A DNA stretch of 64,000 nt from an uncultured cyanobacterium (GTDB lineage Bacteria > Cyanobacteriota > Cyanobacteriia > Cyanobacteriales > CAWCAG01): assembly GCA_963793425.1 (NCBI GenBank), contig CAWCAG010000005.1, positions 1,024,001 to 1,088,000 on the forward strand, given 5' to 3'. Position numbers and translations under genes: made by a program. The notes beneath the pieces were generated by a model that saw only the letters and a list, made by a program, of their open reading frames with translations, was not told the origin of the DNA and searched no databases. This document shows positions 37,594 to 46,358 of the stretch, piece after piece; within the stretch, counting starts at the first letter, position 1, and every line of letters begins with the position of its first letter.

Positions 37594-37868
37594 AACCCCA
37601 GCGATGAGGGGTGTGACAGTTTCTGATGTTTCAGTAAAATATTCTTCACTTTGTTTTGATTAAGCCATTGGAACAAAATAAAGAATAAGCGAATTAGTGC
37701 GATCGCAATTGCAGCTTCTGGATTTAGCCAGCTTATCAGGGTAATTGTCGTGATGGCGATCGCTTTTAAAATCGAGGGATGAATTTTAGGTTTCTTGGCT
37801 GGTTGAGGTTGTTTGACAGCAGGAATAACGATTATAATTTTGGTTTCGGGTTGTTTTGTAGGTTTCAT
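37590..37868 (-). CDS. Small protein with a Pro/Lys-rich N-terminus and hydrophobic hairpin
   Basis: MKPTKQPETK...ILKAIAITTITLISWLNPEAAIAIALIRLFFILFQW; ATG at 37868. Confidence 0.6.
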   Translation of the reverse strand: MKPTKQPETKIIIVIPAVKQPQPAKKPKIHPSILKAIAITTITLISWLNPEAAIAIALIRLFFILFQWLNQNKVKNILLKHQKLSHPSSLGL

Positions 37869-37931
37869 GAGTTTGTTGGATTTGTGTTTCAACAATTACA
37901 ACGCTACAAGCTTTAAAATTGAGGCGAAAGA

Positions 37932-38057
37932 GCGAGTAAATGCGAGTAGTTTGTTAGGGCGGGTTTATTTGGTTTAATGTTGATCTCACGATTGGACTTC
38001 AAACCCGCCCCTACTGTTGCAACATTTTAGGACTGTCACGCCACTACAAATACTCGC
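37932..38057. promoter_or_regulatory. GCGAGTA repeats flanking a GTAG-family REP hairpin
   Basis: GCGAGTA at 37932 and 37942, inverted TACTCGC at 38051; GGGCGGGTTT/AAACCCGCCC(CTAC) 10-bp stem at 37957-38014. Confidence 0.55.
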
Positions 38058-38108
38058 GCACTTATACGCATTGTTTCGTTAAATTAGAGGAAGTTTTACT
38101 GGCTAGCT

Positions 38109-38774
38109 ATGAGTGGAAACAAAAGACGAGGCGGTTATCTGGCGACGGCGGAAGGGGTAAAGAAACTCAAAGAAGCAAAGCGAATCAAAAAGTACACTTA
38201 TGAGCAAATTGCAGAAGAAGCCAAGGAAACAGAGGATAAAGTTAAACGTTTGTTTAATCCTCAATGGGGCAATGGTAAATATAAAGTTGGGGAAGAAGCT
38301 GTTCAAGCTATCTGCAATGTATTGAATTTAAAGCCAGAAGAAATTGTTAGTGATTGGTATCCCTTAGAGATTACTTCAGATGAATCGCAGGTAATTACAA
38401 TAAATCAAAAAAAAACCTATTGGCGTAGTGGGGTGGTTTTGGCAAATGAAGGTAATTTGGCTTTGGTTAAAGCAGACAAGGAAGATAAAATTATTAAAAT
38501 TCGTGTTAGTGGCAAAACCAATACAAGACGCAATCTTTTAACAGCAATTCGTTCCCAGTTTGACTATATTCATGAAACTATTCCTGGTATCGTACCAGTG
38601 GAAAAAGTTCCGTTGATAGAACATCCAGAAATCATTTTGGACTATCAAGAATTATTAGGTTTAGAGGCAATGGGAGAAACAGATTATCCTATCGGTAAAC
38701 TCAGAAAGCGTATACCGTTGAAGCAATTGCTTGATGGTATCGAATCTCTAGGGAATCGCCCTCAAACTTTATAA
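38109..38774 (+). CDS. Xre-like HTH fused to the C-terminal COR-like domain of Roco proteins
   Basis: [75 protein letters not shown]-like tail. Confidence 0.7.
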   Translation: MSGNKRRGGYLATAEGVKKLKEAKRIKKYTYEQIAEEAKETEDKVKRLFNPQWGNGKYKVGEEAVQAICNVLNLKPEEIVSDWYPLEITSDESQVITINQKKTYWRSGVVLANEGNLALVKADKEDKIIKIRVSGKTNTRRNLLTAIRSQFDYIHETIPGIVPVEKVPLIEHPEIILDYQELLGLEAMGETDYPIGKLRKRIPLKQLLDGIESLGNRPQTL

Positions 38775-39932
38775 CAGCCCCACAAAATGCAAAGGCCCTT
38801 GCCCACTTAGTATTTCCAAAACTAAAGCAATGAAACCAACCATTGCTAAACGCCCATTCCAAACCTCTGCTGCTGTTGTCATACCCCATTCCCACTTTTC
38901 GGGGGGATACATCTTCACCTTCTTCTTCATGCGGCTAATTTCGCCGAAGGTGCGAGGAGGAGAATTAACGGCATCTTCTACTAAAGCAGCCAAAGATTCA
39001 ATAAACACAGGATGGGTATCTAGGGCAGGTACACGATAAAAATTCTCTACCCCCGCTTCTTGGGCGATTTCCCGATACTCAATATCAATTTCTTGGAGAG
39101 TTTCAATATGTTCAGAAACAAAGCTGATGGGAACAACTAATAAATTTTTGATGCCCTTTGCCCCTAACTCTTTTAAAGCTTCTTCTGTATAAGGTTGCAG
39201 CCACTCCACCGGACCAACCCTACTTTGATAAGCTAAGGTATGATCATTGGGTCGGTCGAGGGTTTTCATGATTAAGCGAGTGCAATCTTCAATTTCCTTT
39301 TGATAAGGATCACCAGCTTCTTCAACATAACTTACCGGGACACCATGGGCGCTGAAAAAGATATGTCCCTGAGCCGGATTGCTAACTTTGTCTAACTCCT
39401 GAGTAATTAAATCAGCCATGGCTCTTAAATAGTCAGGATGCTGATACCATGAAGGAATAACTGTATATTCCATTTTCCTTAGTTCATGGTCATTTTCCCA
39501 CATCTGCTCTAATAGCCGGAAAGAAGAGCCACTGGTACTAATAGAAAATTGAGGATAAAGAGGTAAGATTACTAACTTTTGAATACGCTCTTTTTTAATC
39601 CGGGCGATCGCTTCTTCTGTGAAAGGATGCCAATAACGCATACCAATGAAAACTGTAGCATTATGCCCTTGATTTTGTAACCTTTCTTCAAGAGCTTCTG
39701 CTTGCTCTTCTGTAATCCTTCTTAAAGGAGAGCCTCCGCCAATTTGCTTATAATTTTCCTCAGATGTGGGTGTGCGTCTAGTGGAAATAAACCAAGCTAA
39801 AGGCTTTTGTAACCAAGGAAAAGGTATACGAATAATTTCAGGGTCGGAAAATAAATTATATAAAAAGGGACGAACATCGTTTAATTCGTCGGGGCCGCCC
39901 AAATTAAGTAATAATACTCCTAAACGACTCAT
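38769..39932 (-). CDS. hemH: Ferrochelatase with C-terminal CAB/HLIP domain
   Basis: [41 protein letters not shown]. Confidence 0.97.
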   Translation of the reverse strand: MSRLGVLLLNLGGPDELNDVRPFLYNLFSDPEIIRIPFPWLQKPLAWFISTRRTPTSEENYKQIGGGSPLRRITEEQAEALEERLQNQGHNATVFIGMRYWHPFTEEAIARIKKERIQKLVILPLYPQFSISTSGSSFRLLEQMWENDHELRKMEYTVIPSWYQHPDYLRAMADLITQELDKVSNPAQGHIFFSAHGVPVSYVEEAGDPYQKEIEDCTRLIMKTLDRPNDHTLAYQSRVGPVEWLQPYTEEALKELGAKGIKNLLVVPISFVSEHIETLQEIDIEYREIAQEAGVENFYRVPALDTHPVFIESLAALVEDAVNSPPRTFGEISRMKKKVKMYPPEKWEWGMTTAAEVWNGRLAMVGFIALVLEILSGQGPLHFVGLL

Positions 39933-40043
39933 AATAATAACAATCTTCTAAAAACTTCAAATTCTTTACTAAGTTTAACAATATATCTTTCTTTAAGCTG
40001 AAATCAGCGATCGAAGATACACAACTTAACTGGGGGGGCAAAT

Positions 40044-40775
40044 TTGGCAACTTTTTTACGGCCGTTGAGCTATAAATACCAGGGTCTTTACGATACGATA
40101 TCTCGTTTAGGGGCTTTAAGTGTCGGCGGAGAAAGACGCTTTCGTAACTTAGCTTTACAAGGGCTAAACATAAATCAAGATACTGTGGTACTAGATATGT
40201 GTTGCGGTTCTGGACAAACAACTCAGTTTTTGGTAAAAGATTCTCAACAAGTAACAGGTTTAGATATTTCCCCTTTATCCTTAAAAAGGGCCGCACAAAA
40301 CGTACCTCAAGCCAAGTATGTAGAAGCCAATGCCGAAGATATGCCCTTTCCAGACAATCATTTCGATTTGGTGCATACGAGTGTAGCACTCCATGAGATG
40401 ACTTGGGGAGAACTGCAAGAAATTATTACTGAAGTTTATCGAGTTATTAAGCCAGGGGGCATATTTGCCTTCATCGATTTACACAAACCAACTAACCCGT
40501 TATTTTGGCCCGGTTTAGCTATATTTATGTGGCTATTTGAAACTCATACTGCTTGGAAATTAATCGAAACAGACTTAATTGCTGAGTTAGAAAAAGTTGG
40601 TTTCATAGAAACCAAAAAGACTCTCCATGCCGGAGGAAGCCTTCAAGTTATTCAGGGGATTAAAAACCAACCTACATTCCTAATCAATACCCTTACTTAT
40701 CCAAACGTAAACAACTCCCTTGACAGTTTCTTTACCAGACCTAATAATTTTGACAAACACACACAGCATCTGTAG
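40044..40775 (+). CDS. Class I SAM-dependent methyltransferase (UbiE-like)
   Basis: VLDMCCGSG, FDLVHTSVALHEM, RVIKPGG. Confidence 0.88.
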   Translation: MATFLRPLSYKYQGLYDTISRLGALSVGGERRFRNLALQGLNINQDTVVLDMCCGSGQTTQFLVKDSQQVTGLDISPLSLKRAAQNVPQAKYVEANAEDMPFPDNHFDLVHTSVALHEMTWGELQEIITEVYRVIKPGGIFAFIDLHKPTNPLFWPGLAIFMWLFETHTAWKLIETDLIAELEKVGFIETKKTLHAGGSLQVIQGIKNQPTFLINTLTYPNVNNSLDSFFTRPNNFDKHTQHL

Positions 40776-40872
40776 GAACACGCGCCGACGAACGAAAGAA
40801 AACAAGTCTAAAATTCATTTATATTTACAGTTAGTTTTGTATTGATTTTAGGCGTACCATTTGATTTTATTG

Positions 40873-41547
40873 ATGAACCAACCAGTTGCCATAACCCTTA
40901 GTTCACTATTTTCCTTTTGGGATAAACTAGATAATGAAATCCAAATAGACGTACTTGCTAAAGGTCAATATATAAGCTTGTCAGCAGGTAACTTCGTCTG
41001 TTTAGAAGGTGAGATGTGTAATCATTTGCCATTAGTAATTTCTGGAAGTGTGCGGATTTACAAAACAGGAGAAAGTGGCAGAGAAGTTACCCTTTATCAT
41101 TTAGAGCAAGGTGATAGCTGTATTCTGACGGCTTCAAGTATTATCAGTCAAAAAGTATTTCCTGCATTTGCCGTTACTGAAACTGAAGTTGAGGCTTTTG
41201 TTATTCCTGCAAATAGCTTAAGAGAATGGGTAATACACGAACCAATTTGGCAAGAATATATCTTTGGACTACTTGCTCAACGGTTAGCTAATGTAATTGA
41301 AATAGTTGAAGAGGTTGCTTTTCGGCGCATGGATAGTCGAATTGCCTCATATCTTTTGAATAATGGCGATAGTAATATCAGAACTTTACGGATAACCCAT
41401 GAAGCGATCGCCCAAGAATTGGGTAGTTCTAGAGAGGTGGTTAGTCGTATTCTCAAAAGTTTTGAGAAACAAGGATTATTATCTTTGTCACGGGGAAAAA
41501 TAGAACTCAAAAGCTGGTCAAACATCGCAAAAATTGCCCAGGAATGA
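40873..41547 (+). CDS. Crp/Fnr family transcriptional regulator
   Basis: cNMP-like domain (SGREVTLY..GDSCIL) and HTH ITHEAIAQELGSSREVVSRILK. Confidence 0.92.
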   Translation: MNQPVAITLSSLFSFWDKLDNEIQIDVLAKGQYISLSAGNFVCLEGEMCNHLPLVISGSVRIYKTGESGREVTLYHLEQGDSCILTASSIISQKVFPAFAVTETEVEAFVIPANSLREWVIHEPIWQEYIFGLLAQRLANVIEIVEEVAFRRMDSRIASYLLNNGDSNIRTLRITHEAIAQELGSSREVVSRILKSFEKQGLLSLSRGKIELKSWSNIAKIAQE

Positions 41548-41571
41548 AATTTTTGGTTATAGACTTTGTTG

Positions 41572-41586
41572 TGTGACTTTATCACA
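41572..41586. promoter_or_regulatory. Putative Crp/Fnr-family operator TGTGAC-N3-ATCACA
   Basis: Near-palindrome about 60 bp upstream of the DUF2892 gene, right after the regulator gene. Confidence 0.55.
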
Positions 41587-41647
41587 GAATAGCTGGAAGT
41601 AAATTGATTACTATTTTCATAGATGATTACTTTTTTAAGAGGTTGTT

Positions 41648-41869
41648 ATGAAAAAGAACTTAGGTAGGTTAGATCGGGTTACTCGCGTCGCAATTGTAGG
41701 TGGTTTACTTTTTCTCGGTTTAGGAGTTTACGGAGGTTCGTCACTAGGAATTGGAATAGCCCTTGTCTCAATTATCCCTTTAATGACTTCATTGTTGGCT
41801 AGTTGCCCTGTGTATAGCTTGCTAGGAATTAGTACTTGTGAAGCTAATCCTCAAATCCACTCTAAATAA
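41648..41869 (+). CDS. DUF2892 (YgaP-like TM) protein
   Basis: MKKNLGRLDRVTR..2 TM..CPVYSLLGISTC. Confidence 0.88.
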   Translation: MKKNLGRLDRVTRVAIVGGLLFLGLGVYGGSSLGIGIALVSIIPLMTSLLASCPVYSLLGISTCEANPQIHSK

Positions 41870-41902
41870 TCCTGATCTGAATTAAAAAAGGTAAAAATCG
41901 CT

Positions 41903-42436
41903 ATGGAAGAGAGTCTCCCTTTAGAATATCCTTCAATGTCTCGCCGACAATTACTTAACTTTCTCACTGGAGCAGTTGTGGCGACGACAGCCAGTGCCGC
42001 AGTTTATCCTGCTGCAAAATTCTTTGTTCCCACAGTAGAAGATAATGGTGACGGTTCAATTATTGCTAAAGATCGTCTGGGACATCCCATTCCTGCCAGT
42101 CAGATTTTAGCAGAACCCACGGGAACTCGCGCTTTAGTAGCAGGATTAGCTGGAGAACCAACTTATTTGACAGTCTTAGAAAAAGGTAAGCTAGATACAG
42201 TTGGAATTGTTGATAATTGTACCCATCTCGGTTGTACTTTTCCTTGGAATCCCAACGAAAATCAATTTCAATGTCCCTGTCATGGTTCTCGTTATGCTGC
42301 TGATGGCTCTGTAGTCAAAGGCCCTGCGCCTCTTCCCTTAAAGCTAGTACAAGTCAAAGTAGAAGAAGATAATATCTGGATCTCACCTTGGACAAAAAAC
42401 GATCCCCGTACAGGAAAAAAACCCTGGTGGGTTTAG
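41903..42436 (+). CDS. petC: Cytochrome b6f Rieske Fe-S subunit (accessory paralog)
   Basis: SRRQLLNFL Tat anchor, CTHLGC, CPCHGS, GPAPLPL, DPRTG..PWW. Confidence 0.9.
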   Translation: MEESLPLEYPSMSRRQLLNFLTGAVVATTASAAVYPAAKFFVPTVEDNGDGSIIAKDRLGHPIPASQILAEPTGTRALVAGLAGEPTYLTVLEKGKLDTVGIVDNCTHLGCTFPWNPNENQFQCPCHGSRYAADGSVVKGPAPLPLKLVQVKVEEDNIWISPWTKNDPRTGKKPWWV

Positions 42437-42591
42437 AGCGGCGGTGGACAATTTTAATAAGTTAGCTTACAAGTAAAAACAAAGAGTTTGCCATCGCGAT
42501 CTTCTAAGCAGGCGCAACGAGAAACCACGCTAGTGATTTTTTGTCAACATAAGTATTAATCAACTTCAACTTCAATCTAGATCGAATAATT

Positions 42592-43044
42592 ATGGAAAAT
42601 GTCAACAAGATTAACAAAAACTTAGCCATAGCTACAGAACAATTATCAGCCCAACAATTGCAGCAAGCAGCACGAGAAGGTTATAAATCGGTACTAAATT
42701 TGCGATCGCCCCAAGAAGAGGGATTTTTAGAAGACGAAGAAGAACAAGCAAAAGCTGCGGGACTAGATTACGTTAATATTCCCGTCAAACCCGATAGTAT
42801 AAGCGAAGAACTGGCAGATCTAGTCCTTCAGCAAATCGATCAACTTCCCAAACCTCTATTGGCACACTGTAAAAGCGGATTACGTTCGGCAGCATTTTCT
42901 CTAATGTATATTGCAACCAAAGAGGGAATATCGCCAGACGAAGCGATGGACAAAGGTAAACAGATGGGATTCGATTGCAGTCAGTCTCCCGAAATGAAAG
43001 AGTTTTTCCAGCAATACGTCAGCCAACATCAACCAGCTAAATAA
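42592..43044 (+). CDS. BLH/DUF442 PTP-fold protein (putative sulfurtransferase/phosphatase)
   Basis: GYKSVLNLR..EE, GLDYVNIPV, AHCKSGLRS active-site loop. Confidence 0.82.
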   Translation: MENVNKINKNLAIATEQLSAQQLQQAAREGYKSVLNLRSPQEEGFLEDEEEQAKAAGLDYVNIPVKPDSISEELADLVLQQIDQLPKPLLAHCKSGLRSAAFSLMYIATKEGISPDEAMDKGKQMGFDCSQSPEMKEFFQQYVSQHQPAK

Positions 43045-43114
43045 ATATTACAAAAACCGAGAACTGCGTATCTAACGAACTGCTACTGATGGCAAAAATG
43101 TGGTGATGGATTAT

Positions 43115-45088
43115 CTAAAACCGATGCCCAATACCAAAACCAACTTCAGTTTCTCCTTGATCATTGAAGCCCAAATCAGCCCGTAAAATACCTAAAGGAG
43201 AATTTACCCTCACTCCTGTACCATAACCAAAACCGCTACCAGGTTTATTGCGTGCAACCCCTGGTTCTCCTGGTACTGTATCACTAGAACCAAGATCAGA
43301 AGCAAAATCAGCAAATAAAACCCCGCCAATAGGAAGATTGAAAGCGGAAAGGAGAGGGAAGCGATATTCCGCTGAAGCCAGGACATAACTACGGCTGCTA
43401 GCCACTTCACCATAACCATAACCCCGTACAGAATTCAAGCCCCCTAAGTTGAAAGCTTCGTAAGGAGGTAAATCTCCCACCACAGTTCCCCCCTTAAGAT
43501 TAAAAGCAAGTACCTCTGGGGTTTCTTTCCCTAACAAACTTACGGGGGTGTAATGACTGTAGTTAGCTTGTAAGCGGTTCATAAGAATATTACCCAAACC
43601 CACTGGAATAGATTGTTCTGTCCCTAAGCTAAGATAGGAGCCAGAAGTAGGATTGATGGGGTTATCTCTTTGATCTTTACTAAGATTAGCTGAAATGCTT
43701 ACGAGATCGTCAATGCCTGTATCGCTAAAGGAAAGGGAATTGCCCTGACTATCAAAAGGCGTAACATTACCTTCCTCGTCTCGGATACTAGTACGAGTGT
43801 AATTAACACCAACAGAAGTATTCCAATCTTCAACATCACGGTTAAAACTTACCCCACCGCCAAAACGACCTTCCCTAACCTCATCTCCATTAGCAAGGGT
43901 AATATCATCATCGAAGGTATTAGAGACGCTACGACGGCGAGAAGCATTGACTTGATAGCCTAATTTATCGGGATTATCAGCCCGGTAAGGGCTACCATAT
44001 TTAGTATCAAATTGGAAAGTGCGGCTGCCAAGTTGCAAATCTAAACCCAACTTATTACCTATTCCCCCGACATTCTGATCATTATAATTAACTGTGCCAT
44101 AAACTCCGGTTCTATTGCTATAACCTCCCCCCACATTAATACGGCGAGATTGTAATTCTGTTAGTTCATAAATCACATCTAAGTTATTCGCATCACCATT
44201 GAGGGCTACGTCCACTTTTTGGAACAATCCCAATTGATAAAGCTTACCGACATCTGCTTGGACTTGTTCAATCTGGAATATTTCCCCCGTTTGCAAGCCC
44301 AACTCCGACTCTACTAAGGATTGTTTGGTTCGCCCTTCAGTAACTTCTCCTGTTTCATCCAAGAAGCGAACCTCAATATTACTAACTTTCCCCTCAGCAA
44401 CAGTTAAATTCAAAACCCCATCAGAATTCGGTTGTACCGCCAAAACCTGTGCCAATACATAACCGTTATCTTTATACCATTGATTAAGTTCTGCCACACC
44501 TTGCTGCAAACCAACTAGACTAACGGGTTTACCTAACTGAGGTTGAAAAATTCCCCTCGCAACTTCTGGGGTTAAAACCTCAGCCCCAGAAAGCTGAAGC
44601 GATTCTACAATAGTTGGCTCAACTTGATATACTACATTTATTCCATCGGGGCTAGTATTGGTGTCAACCCTAGCATTTGCAAATAACCCTGTGTTAACAA
44701 TCTCAGCTAAATCTTTCTGTAGTTGATTCTCGCTGGTGTCACCTCCAGTTTTGGTGGTAACAGTGTTGAGAACAATTTGTTGCAATTCCTCACTAACTCC
44801 TTTTACCTCAATACCTGTGACAGTAACTGCCAAATCTGGAGTAAGAGAGGTTCTTTCAGAAAGAGTTTTGGCAAACTCAGGTGCGGCTAAAGTTTCTGGA
44901 GAAGTAACTTGAGTGGAGACAAGATAATCATCTTGTTGTTCTTCCTCTAAAGGAGTAACTTGGGCGGAGATAATGATATTATCTTGCTGTTCTTCTGGGG
45001 CTGTATTAGCCTGGGCAACGGCTTCATAAGCCAACTCTCCAGTTCCTAAAGCAGCTAAAGTATAAATTGTAATAGTTGAAAAACGCAT
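43115..45088 (-). CDS. Omp85/BamA-TamA family outer-membrane protein
   Basis: POTRA repeats (GRTK..ELGL), LGGLNSVRGY, C-terminal GIGHRF. Confidence 0.9.
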   Translation of the reverse strand: MRFSTITIYTLAALGTGELAYEAVAQANTAPEEQQDNIIISAQVTPLEEEQQDDYLVSTQVTSPETLAAPEFAKTLSERTSLTPDLAVTVTGIEVKGVSEELQQIVLNTVTTKTGGDTSENQLQKDLAEIVNTGLFANARVDTNTSPDGINVVYQVEPTIVESLQLSGAEVLTPEVARGIFQPQLGKPVSLVGLQQGVAELNQWYKDNGYVLAQVLAVQPNSDGVLNLTVAEGKVSNIEVRFLDETGEVTEGRTKQSLVESELGLQTGEIFQIEQVQADVGKLYQLGLFQKVDVALNGDANNLDVIYELTELQSRRINVGGGYSNRTGVYGTVNYNDQNVGGIGNKLGLDLQLGSRTFQFDTKYGSPYRADNPDKLGYQVNASRRRSVSNTFDDDITLANGDEVREGRFGGGVSFNRDVEDWNTSVGVNYTRTSIRDEEGNVTPFDSQGNSLSFSDTGIDDLVSISANLSKDQRDNPINPTSGSYLSLGTEQSIPVGLGNILMNRLQANYSHYTPVSLLGKETPEVLAFNLKGGTVVGDLPPYEAFNLGGLNSVRGYGYGEVASSRSYVLASAEYRFPLLSAFNLPIGGVLFADFASDLGSSDTVPGEPGVARNKPGSGFGYGTGVRVNSPLGILRADLGFNDQGETEVGFGIGHRF

Positions 45089-45250
45089 AGTAATAGCCTG
45101 GGGGCAAGATCAGTTTCTTTATATTTGAGTTGACCGAGATAAATAACTCTAGTTCCTATCAATGTGGCGGCTACAAATCTGGCACAGGTTCTTTGCTAGT
45201 TGCTAGTTGCTAATGGCTAATGGCTAATTACTTGTCTTGCCGAGCGTAGC

Positions 45251-45273
45251 CTTCGGCAACGGCTTCGCCCAAC
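45251..45273. repeat. Short dispersed repeat CGGCAACGGC..GCC.AAC
   Basis: CTTCGGCAACGGCTTCGCCCAAC; similar to CTAACGGCAACGGCAAAGCCGAAC at 58442-58465. Confidence 0.45.
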
Positions 45274-45340
45274 CCTTGCGCCTTACGTCGACGCGGGGTA
45301 TCGGCGCTATTACTTATTACTTAATCCCTTAAAAAATATC

Positions 45341-46216
45341 ATGAAAAGGCGAAAATTTTTCTGGTACTCCCTATTATTTCTTACTAGTTGTTCGGCAACA
45401 GTTGAGAGTCCTAAAATCTCTGAGGAAGTAACTAATCAAGGAAGTAAGGAGGATACGTTACGATTTACGGTTACTTATATTCATCAACCAGAAGAGTTGG
45501 AAGAAAAATATGGAGAATTTGCTAACACTTTAACCAAAATAATTGATCTGCCTGTAGAACTTGTTTTAGTAGGAAATCATACAGAAGCAGCATCAGCATT
45601 GCAATTAGCTGAATTGGACTTGGTTTTAGCGGGGGCTTCTGAGTATGTGATTATTGCTTCCCATACCAATGCTATTCCTGTTGTCGCCATTACTGGGTCT
45701 AATAATCGTTCAGTTATAGCGGTAGATGTTAATAGTCAAATTACATCCATAGCACAGTTGAAGAGCAAAAAAATTGCTATGTCTTCTGTCGGTTCCACCA
45801 GTGGTCATCTCGGACCTTTAGAATTACTCTTAGAAGCAGGAATTGACCCAACGAAAGATTTAGAAATACTTTGGTTAGGCAGTGAAGGTAGCAGGGAGGC
45901 AATACAGGAAGGAACAGTTGATGCTTGGGCTGGTTCAACCTTAGATTATGAAAAACTACCACAGAAGTTCAAACTATTGGCCCAAGGAGAACTTTTACCT
46001 GATGATGTTTTCATTGCTAGTAGTCAGCTAGACCCCAAATTAGTCAAGGTTTTGCGGCAACGTATGCTTGAAAATCAGCAAGAGTTAATTGCGGCGATCG
46101 CCAAAACCAAAAATAATCAAGAATACATAAGTTCAGAACTTACCACAGTTAGAGATAGTGATTACGACTCCATTCGCAAAGTTTATAAAGCAATCGGAGA
46201 AGACAAATTTCTTTAG
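45341..46216 (+). CDS. PhnD-like phosphate/phosphonate-binding lipoprotein
   Basis: MKRRKF..LTSC lipobox, STSGHLGP motif, DSDYDSIR. Confidence 0.85.
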   Translation: MKRRKFFWYSLLFLTSCSATVESPKISEEVTNQGSKEDTLRFTVTYIHQPEELEEKYGEFANTLTKIIDLPVELVLVGNHTEAASALQLAELDLVLAGASEYVIIASHTNAIPVVAITGSNNRSVIAVDVNSQITSIAQLKSKKIAMSSVGSTSGHLGPLELLLEAGIDPTKDLEILWLGSEGSREAIQEGTVDAWAGSTLDYEKLPQKFKLLAQGELLPDDVFIASSQLDPKLVKVLRQRMLENQQELIAAIAKTKNNQEYISSELTTVRDSDYDSIRKVYKAIGEDKFL

Positions 46217-46358
46217 AATTTCTTCTATGAATAAAGTTATCCCATTTTCTCCCAATAGTTTGAGATTTAGTCAAGCAGTTATCAGTTGATAAATTATCAA
46301 TGTTTAATAATAAATAGTATTAGGTCTAGAGTTTGTGTCAGGAGTGTTTCTGTAACCA

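Noticed and set aside
40665..40775. Apparent C-terminal extension of the methyltransferase
   Set aside because: It could be a stop-loss or junction, but I cannot support that without an alignment.
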